Part shown: positions 19,801-28,800 of the stretch, in pieces | Layout: every line of letters begins with the position of its first letter | Numbering within the stretch: the stretch's first letter is position 1 | Assembly: GCA_043732705.1 (NCBI GenBank) | Contig: JAYTHE010000040.1 | Span: 3,250 to 67,249, forward strand | Reading direction: 5' to 3' | DNA: 64,000 nucleotides | DNA from: Candidatus Omnitrophota bacterium | Lineage (GTDB): Bacteria > Omnitrophota > Omnitrophia > Omnitrophales > Aquincolibacteriaceae | Program-made: the position numbers and the translations under genes | The notes under the pieces: generated by a model | What the model was told of the DNA's origin: nothing | What the model saw: the letters and a program-made list of their open reading frames with translations, nothing else | Database searches by the model: none

Positions 19801-22800
19801 ATAAGGGTGATGAGTTTTTCGTTTCCTTCTACTTGGGGCATGACCTTGTGGGCTGGATTAGAGCGCGGCGCGAGAAGGGCGAGCAACCTTGGCTTAGCAG
19901 TTACAACCGTCGCAACGATCCTGAACATAAAATGATAGGTTCCATGGCTAGGGATGCCGAAGAAAAATATGTCAGCGGCGGGAATCAAATCAACGAACTC
20001 ATTAATTTAATGCATGAAGAATCGGTCGCTCGGAAGCCGCATATTTATTTGTCAGACGAACATCCCCTGGTTCGCTACAGTAAAAAACGCCAAGCAATAG
20101 TAACTAAAACAATTGCAAGGCTTCAAAGCGCAGAAGCTGGGTTATTAGCTTTGAAAGCACAGCTGGATCGGTCAGTTGACGCACGGCAACCTGAGCCGGA
20201 AAAATTCGATCAAGAGCGATTCAATAGCGCTGCCACAGAAAGATTGGTTCAAAAATTTATTCAGCCTGCCATCGAAAATTTAAAGCTGGGCAAGTTGTCC
20301 GATGCATGGAAGTTGATTCAAACTGCAATTGGTTTGATGAACGATACAAACGGGCTGGAAAGCGGCGATGGATTGAGGGTGATTCAGTTACTTCGTGCGA
20401 CCCGAAACGCAATCAGTATATTTGCTGATAAGTACGGCGAGATAGTTCTAGAAGCAGATATGCGCGCTGAAACTGCTGAAGCTCGCTCCGAAGTGCGAAC
20501 AGTCACGCTAAGAGTTTTAACGGCGGCTATTATGGGATTCGCATTTTCTGCGATTGCGGAGCAAAAACCCGTGGCGCCGCCCGTGCTGCGTGCTGCTACG
20601 GACACGGATCCTCAATTGCTACGCAAAATCGAAGCAGTTCTTCGCCAGCCCATGCCCACTGGAAACTCAGCAGGTGCTATCCAAAGTCGAAAAAATTTAG
20701 AGACTGCCAAGGAAGCAGCGCTTAAAGAGTTGGCCGGAATCTCCAATCCCTCTGCTCTTTATGGATTATTGGCGGCACTTTTAGGAGATAAAAATCATCC
20801 CGCTTCATTGAAAGCGTTAGTTGCGGAAACGCTTAAAAAGGGTTTAGAAGCGCCGCAGTCCTCTTCTACGGTCAACGCGGTATTGAAGATTTTGTTTCAA
20901 ATTGCAAAGGATAAAAATAACCCGAATAGGACGCAAGCCATTGGAGTGCTTTCTCAAGCCGCTGAAAAGCAACGAGCGGTCATCGGTGAATTTGGAATGA
21001 GGGAAGTCAGGCTCATAATCGATGGTGCTGATAAAGAAGCTGCAGCCAAGCGTAATCTCCTTATCGCCGAACAGGAAAAAATCATCCGTGCCGTTAACCC
21101 AGCAGATAAGGAAGCCTGGGAAAAAAGAAAGAATGCACTTCTTGTTTTGCGCGGCTTCGTAGAAGATCCGGCTTTTACGCCGGGAGACAGAAGCAACATT
21201 CTCAAGCTTGTTGTTGGCTATTTGATAAGTGCTCCCGATGCAGTCGATCAACAGAAAGGAAAAGATCAAAATGGCCCTTGGGCTAAAGTAGCTGCAGCTC
21301 AGGTTCTTGAGTCAATTGGCGGAAATGAGGCTCGTGACGCTTTAAATCAATTTGTCACTGATCCGGCGCAAGATCCAAAGGTTAAAGCGGATGACGCTTT
21401 CCAGAAGGTTCTTAAAAAATTCTCAGGCCGCTCCGAAATGCGCACGCCTGAAATTACAAACGTTCGCTTTGTTTTGCCCAGCAAGATTCAGGGGAATCAA
21501 GTTCGATCTGCGGCAGCTTACGCGGTTGAAGAGGGATTACTAACGGGAACTGAGTCGTGGTGGCAAGAAATTCATACGCGGGGCAATTTAGATTTGACTC
21601 AACGCATTCTAAATGATTCGCCCAAGTTTTCGTATGAGGAATTATCGAGGTTCGCGCGCGCTTTGCCACCAGCCACGGCTTATGTCGTCGTCGTGAGAAA
21701 AGGAGATTTTGAACAAGCTAAAGAATTTTTATCGATCAAGCGGCCGATGATTTTTTTGGTTGAAGATAAAGCCGATGAAGAGGGATTGAGGAATTTAGCG
21801 ATTAAGCAGTCGGTTGCACATCTTGTTTCAGTAGCTTATGTTTCTGATTGGAAAAAAGAAAATGTTGCGTCGCTTGTGCGCGAAGAATTAGACCGAGTCG
21901 ATGGCCGTGATTTAGTGCCCCGTTTAGACCGAGTAAATATTTATTTGTCCGGGCATCTGTTAGATAGTACTAATGAAGGAAACGCACGGGCCATGCTGGC
22001 GGACAAAGGTGGGTTGTTGCGGGAGCGAGTTGGGAGTTTAGCTCGTTATTATAGATTGTATGGAGGGCAAATAAAAAGTCCTCTAAAAAGCTGGGCTGAC
22101 TTTGATGTTGCAGCAGGTAAAAATTCTCTTGAAATTATTCGTTCCGAATCGCGAGCAACTGTAACAGAAATTGAGTTTACGGGAGAAGTTCTGGTTCCCT
22201 GGCGTATCGAACTAAAATTAAAGGACGGGAAATCGGTTGAGCTTAAACTGAATCAGGAAAATAAGGCAGCGGCCAAAAAGATGTTCGCTCAAAGCTTACC
22301 TATCAGACCGCTTGTTTATACAATCAATGATGCTAGTTCAGGCACAAATTTCGGAAGTATTCAAATGAATCTTAATGAGAATCCTAAAGATCTTACAGAG
22401 AAAAATCAAATAAGCGACATCCGTATCGTTAAAGATTCCGTGGCCGTGTCTGGAAACAATACCCTTGTTAAAGAAGTGAAAGCATGGTTGGAAAGTTTTG
22501 AAAAAGAGAAGCAGGCCTTTGAGGGTAAGAGCTTAAAGCTTTCTCCTTTTCAAGTTGACGATATTCCTCTCGAAACGAAATTTCATCCGGTAACCCATAG
22601 CCTTATATCAGCTCGATTAAATTTTAGAGGGAATAATCCGGTTCAAGTGGGACTTGAGGCTGATTCTGCAAGTCTTGTGGCGATGTCAAGCGCAGGCGCT
22701 GAGCCGCGCGAAACAAGAATAACTTTTGATGTGACTGTTAGAAAACCGCTTACTTTGCCGCAGCCCGTGGGAAAAATTCATGCTACCGCTCGTGTCAGCA

Positions 22801-25800
22801 CAAATGGTTTTACATTAGATGAAGTTCGTAAAACGCAAACAAATCCTGCGGCCGTTGATGCGCAGGGCATTGTTTCTACGGCTGCGGCATGGCTTGCAAC
22901 TGAAGATCTTAGCGAGAGCAATCCAAGACTCCAGCCGGCCCCCGCCCGCTCCGAAGTGCGGGGCGATGCAACCCAACCTGTTGGCGGAAATCTTTTTACT
23001 AGACCCATGCCCCGGCGTGATGCTCTTAAGACGGCGGGTTTGCTTGGATTGATATCAGCTTTGGGCAGAACACATGTCATCGGCGCAACGGGTGATGTTT
23101 GGTTTGGTGATTCAAATTCGGCAAATCTTGCTTACACGAGCGAGCAATTTGTTAACACCGCAGATGGACGTACTTTTTGGATTTTTGTTGCGAAGCAGAA
23201 TATTCAATTTCAAACCAAACCTGATTTGCAGAACGCTGCTTGGTCTCCCTTATCTGGCACGCTTGCGGATGGAAATGTGGCCGTTATTGAACTGCCTAAA
23301 AGTGCTAATGGCAAAACAGGTTTTGGGCGCGTTGCTCGCGCTACGACGCCATCTCAGAATCAAAGACAGGCAATAACCCAGCTAAGTAATTCCAAGCCTT
23401 TGCCGTCGGAAGTACAAACAATTTTGAATTCAAAGGCTTACGCGGGCAAGAAAGTGACTGTTGTCCAACGCTCCGAAGTGAGGGGAACAGTTTTTCAAAT
23501 TGTAGATGCGTTTGAGGTATCGAAAACAGAAGCGAATTCCGAAAGTGGAGCCTATGCTGGCCCTTACTTATTGCCATTTTTGGAGCGAATGCCGGAACGG
23601 TTCAAATTTTATAAAGCGCTTCCTCAAAGTATTAATTTTGTTCACCCTATGGATGAGACCGATATTGGAGCCGTCAATTTTTTTGCCTCCATTAACACGG
23701 CATCGAAAGTGGATACAAGCAGTCTAGGTGCGGTGAAGGCAAGACGGTTCAAATTTGAAGATGAGTTCGTCGGAAAAGAAATGCTTTTTGTTTACGATAC
23801 TACAGCACAAGAAATCCATTCTATTTTCGCCCTTGATTCCAGAAACAGAATCGTAGGGGGAATCATGTTTAAGAAGTTACCAAGCGATATACTCAAACCC
23901 GAACGGCCATTTCCATTGGATCCAATTATGACGCAGGCTCTTGACCATGCCGGAGAGAGCCGGGTGCCTGCTAAAATTAAGTATAGTCCTCAAACAAAAG
24001 ATTTGGAGATTGAGTTTAATACTGTGGCTGAGCCCGAGCAGCAAGTTGGGCCATCTCTGCCTGACGCTATTTTAAAATTTAATTCTGGGTACGAAGGATT
24101 CACGGATAAGCCCATCGATTCAGCCGATGGAGCGCATGAATTTACTTTTGACACCATTGCAATAGCGGCACAGGGCCTGGATGAGCTTATTGAAAGCATT
24201 GCCCAATTAGAGGGTAATGAGGGTGTAAGTAGTGTTTACGAAAGAATCAAGGCACCACAGGGACGGATCTCTTTAATTTTTGATTCAAAAAATAATCTTT
24301 TAGCAATTCAATCTGGTGCGGCGGGAGCTAAAGCACGAGATGCTATTGTTTTTGAAAAGAAATCGGGTGCGATCTCCGAAGTTGTGGCGCGATCGAGCGC
24401 GATGGCACAAACCTTAACTGTTTTACCTACCGTTCCTGCGCCGATCAAAGGCTTATTTGGTTTTAGTGGAAAAGATCACTGGATTACTTTTACTGCGCGC
24501 TCGGAAGCTCGTTCTCAAACCGGTGGAGCCGTACGTAACGAATGGAAAATTTCGACGAAAGGTCGTTTTTCTGCCATAAGCCCCACAGGGAAAATGATTT
24601 CATTGGGTGAACGTTCGCCGTTTGAGCGTGTTGTTGAGAAAAGAGTAATTGGAGACAAGCTGATTGTAGTTACGCAAGATCCCAACCAAAAAAATTTGCG
24701 AGTTTTTAATCGGGAGGGGAAAGCTCTTCAGTTAGGTGAGTTTAATGTTATTTATGCTTTTAAGGAGTACCGCGTTGTTGGTGGTGATCGGTTAATCGTT
24801 CGCATGCGGGACGCCGGCTCCCTTTTTATTTATGATTTGGCAGACGGATCTCAAATACCTTTGGATGGCCACCCTGCTATTCGTGATAGCGGATCCATTT
24901 TGACAAATGAAATGGACGTGCGTGGCAATACTGTTTATGCCCTACATGACGGTAGTTGGTATGGTTATTCAATTCGAACCGGAAAATTAGTTAGGGATGG
25001 GCATCCGACCAAACGTGGCACAGCCTATATACCAACCGGGCTAGATATTGCTTGTTACGGTGTCATCGCAGCAATGATTGCGATTGGCTCGCTTCTTATA
25101 CCCTTAGCACATCCGAATGGGGTCAATTTTGCAGCGACCCTAGCTCAAATTGTTTCCCGCTCCGAAGCGCGGCTGTACACAAATCATGGTGGTAATGAGC
25201 CGCTTAAGCAGTTCCAAGAAGATGTTCAAGCTGGAAAAATTTCTCGTGGTAGCTGGCTTGAAGTCCGGCTCAGCAGAATTGCCGCCGTCCAAAAAGGACA
25301 ATTCGAGGGTTTCGAAAACGGGCAGCTGATACTCAAAGATAGCCGTTTCAATCCTCCCGCGATGAATGAACATTTTAATCTCAAAGAAATTGAAGCCATC
25401 GTCGTGAGGGGGCAATACGAGCATTACTTCAATATTGGGAAGAGTTTGGCAATATTTTTAATCCCGCTGTTCCTCTCTTTCGTCATAGCTTATAAATATA
25501 ATCTTCATCGAATGGGGATGGCTGTTTCGGCCACGATAGCTGTGGTTGCTAGTTTTATTTTGTCGCGTTTTCTCCCCGCTTCTGCTCCAGTGGAAGTTGT
25601 TGCTGTCGCAGAAAAAATTAAGGATATCATTGCCAAGCGTTTGGGCGCCAACCCAGAGGTTGTGACGGAAGACGCTCAGCTTGTCGAAGGTTTGAATGCC
25701 GATTCCTTGGATCTTATCGAGCTTATTAATAAAATTGAATCGCAATTCAAGATAGATATTTCAGATGCTGAAGCAGAAAGACTTGCCACAGTCGGTGATT

Positions 25801-28800
25801 ATATTCAACTTGTACAAAAAAAACTCGCCCGCTCCGAAGCGCGAGAAGATTATCGTCCTCAAAAACCAGGTGAAGAAAAACCGGCGCCGGGTATGTTCGG
25901 TCAAACACGCGTATTTGGCCGCTCCGAAATGCGGGAAATTCTCGCAGCATTTCCGACGGAATCACCGACGCACGTCGATTTTGAAAGACTATTTGCCGCC
26001 TACTTGAGCGATGTTTATACAGCTTGGAAAATTGACGGCGATGACATTAAAGATAAAGCCGATCGCGCATATGTGAAGCAGATGGCATTGCAGCATTTGC
26101 GCCAAAGATTTTTAGGCACAGGCACGGTCGATCCGAATGGGCCGAAGGCACCTTTGCATATTCGCCGTAATAAGGGATCGCTGAACGTGGTTTCAGCCGA
26201 AGGTAATGCCGTAGTCACTTCGCAGTTAACCTATAATGAATTGCGCGAAGCGGGCGCGTATAAGCGTTCTGACCTTGATACTGATCCTAGAAGAGATGAG
26301 TATCTTAAGGCTGCTTCAGGAGCTTGGGTTACTTGGAATACATTGGATGGCGGCATCGGCGAAAGTTTAATGCGTGAAGAATGGTTGCTGAATAAGGGGC
26401 TGAGGATGCGCTTGAAGGATATTCTCTCTCAAGCTGAGCAAGCGGATACGAAATATCAAGGTCCATTGGCGGCGCTTAAGCAAGCTGAAGAAAATGGTGA
26501 AACCGAAGAAATTATTAAAGCGCTGCGCGAAATTGAAAAATTAGCCGGTTATGCAGATCCGCTTCAATTGAAAATGGGCGCAAAAGGGACGGATCTTGGC
26601 CGCTCGGAAACGATTCGCGGTAATCAATATTTTGTTGGTGATGCGGAAAGACGTTTGCTCTTAATCGCGGATATTGCGACCAAGAGAAAATTCGGGAAAA
26701 TTGCCTTTCAGCCGTTTGTGAATTATCAATCCGCAGAATCTTATGTAAATCTTATGCAGCAGCCCTATCTATGGGATGTGATTGAAGGTAGTGAACATCC
26801 CCGGACTTATCAGCAAGCTCTCGAAGATGCCGGAGTTGAGATTAAAACACCGCTTGAACAGCAAGATTTGCCTAAATTTGAAATTGAAGACGGTGCGAAG
26901 GCCGGGCTTCCGACTTTGGATTCAAAAGTGCAAGATAAAGGCCAGCCGGGCGGACATGGACAATGGGGCGCTTTTTATATGATGGATTTCACCGAAATTG
27001 CTCCGCCAGATAATGGTTTTCATAATGTGCGCTTTTTTGGTAACGGTGACAACAATCATGGAAATCCCGAGCCGATTGTCGTTGGTTTTGCTATCGTTCA
27101 AAAGAAACCCATTTTGAAAATTACGACACCTGCTACCGCGATTGATACGAAGGGCGGAAAAGAAACCCTGCGTCTCATTCAACTTAAGGAACGGGTGACC
27201 AGAGTTTTGGATCAATGGGAAGAAATTGGCGCTAAAAACGCGGGACAAATTGACTTATTTTACAAAGCAGGGCAGCGCGGCGGTTTTGGCGAACAGGGCC
27301 GGCAGCATTTCAACACCAACTTGTTCGTATTTGATGAAGAGCAAATGCATCCGATTTTAAGAAAAATGCGTGAAATTGTCGGTGAGGATGAATTTTTAGA
27401 TGCGGTTATGCCGCTGTTGTTTGATAAAAGTGATAAAGCCAAAACTATTGACGGTAAAAAATTCGTATCGATGGACTCAGCCATTGGATATGTCATTCAT
27501 AATTTGAATACGTTTTACAGCACCGATCCACGGCTTGAAGAATTGCGCCGGGAATACGGCCCGCAATTGCTTTATTACATGGATTATGATCGTGGTATTT
27601 TTGCGCCCAAAAAGAAGGCCGAAGATCAATACCTGCAAGAGCGTACGGATTATTATGGTCCTTTTGATGAGGAGGCTAAAAATTTCCATGATGCCGAACC
27701 CGGGCTGACACCACCGGGGTTTGATGTTACCGATCCGGTCGAAAAAGACAGCAAAAAAGCCGATTCAAAATTTTGGGGCGAAGTGCAGCATTGGAATGAT
27801 TCGTTTGGAATATCGCGTGTCAGAAAAATGCAATCACTGAAGGTTGAAGGGCGTGTGACGATTCGCAATGCCGAGTATGTCGGGGATGTCGTGATTATCA
27901 ATCGTTTTGGCCGTGAAGACAAAACAAAACCCGCCAAACGCGTTATTTTAAGCAATGGTGTTTATTTCGAACAATTGAAAGCACTCGGTTATTGGGCCGA
28001 AGATCATTTGCTCTTAGAGAATGTGACAATCACGATTGATGAAAGTGGAATTCTGTCGACAAAACCAACCCGCTCCGAAATCCGGAATTTGGATGAGCTA
28101 TTAGCTGAATTGAATAAAGCCGTTCGAGCACCTCTGAATTACAGAGGTGCCGATGCTATGCCGCCAACGACAACGCTAGTCGCACTTGCGCCTAATTTGA
28201 ATGTTGTTATTCAAGTGAGGGATGGAGTTGGCACATCGAGAACAGTGCTTACTTATACTTTAGGAGCAAGAGAATTAGAAACAAGAAATGTATTGCCTGG
28301 CGGACGAAACGCACAGAGCTTCCCTATTGGCGGCGTGGCGTCGTATACCGTTAATTTTCAATTGCCTGCGGCTGACGATGCGAAGGTCGTGGCAGATGCG
28401 CTTAAGCGCGGGTTGCCTCAGTTCGTGACTGGCGATTTTAACGTAGTGCCAGCAGGCAATTCCGGAAGCATCGCCATTACTTTTACACCGAAACGCACAC
28501 AACGTACCGAGTTGATTGAAGCCGCTATTCCTCAAGTTATGGAAGCAATCTATCAGCTGGCGAGGTCAAGAGGGCGGAAAGTCGTAGATTATCAGTTGGT
28601 GGGCTATTCCGGTATCGTATCGAAACAGACATACGGTGCAATGGACCGCTTTCCGGTTACTTTTTCCGCCGAAACCGAACAAATAAGACAAGTGGTTCGC
28701 GCGGCGCTTGATAAAATTTTAGATCATTATGCTGATGGCAGGGTTGAATCCATTGAGGTGAAATTGCAAGATGACGCGCTCACAACAAGCGAGACCCCGT

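Noticed and set aside
19401-26615. Extra near-motifs RSERV (19401) and RSETI (26601), also RSEPS (18663)
   Set aside because: They lack Arg at position 5 and diverge from the DNA consensus; 26601 lies inside the UDPGP domain. Not counted.
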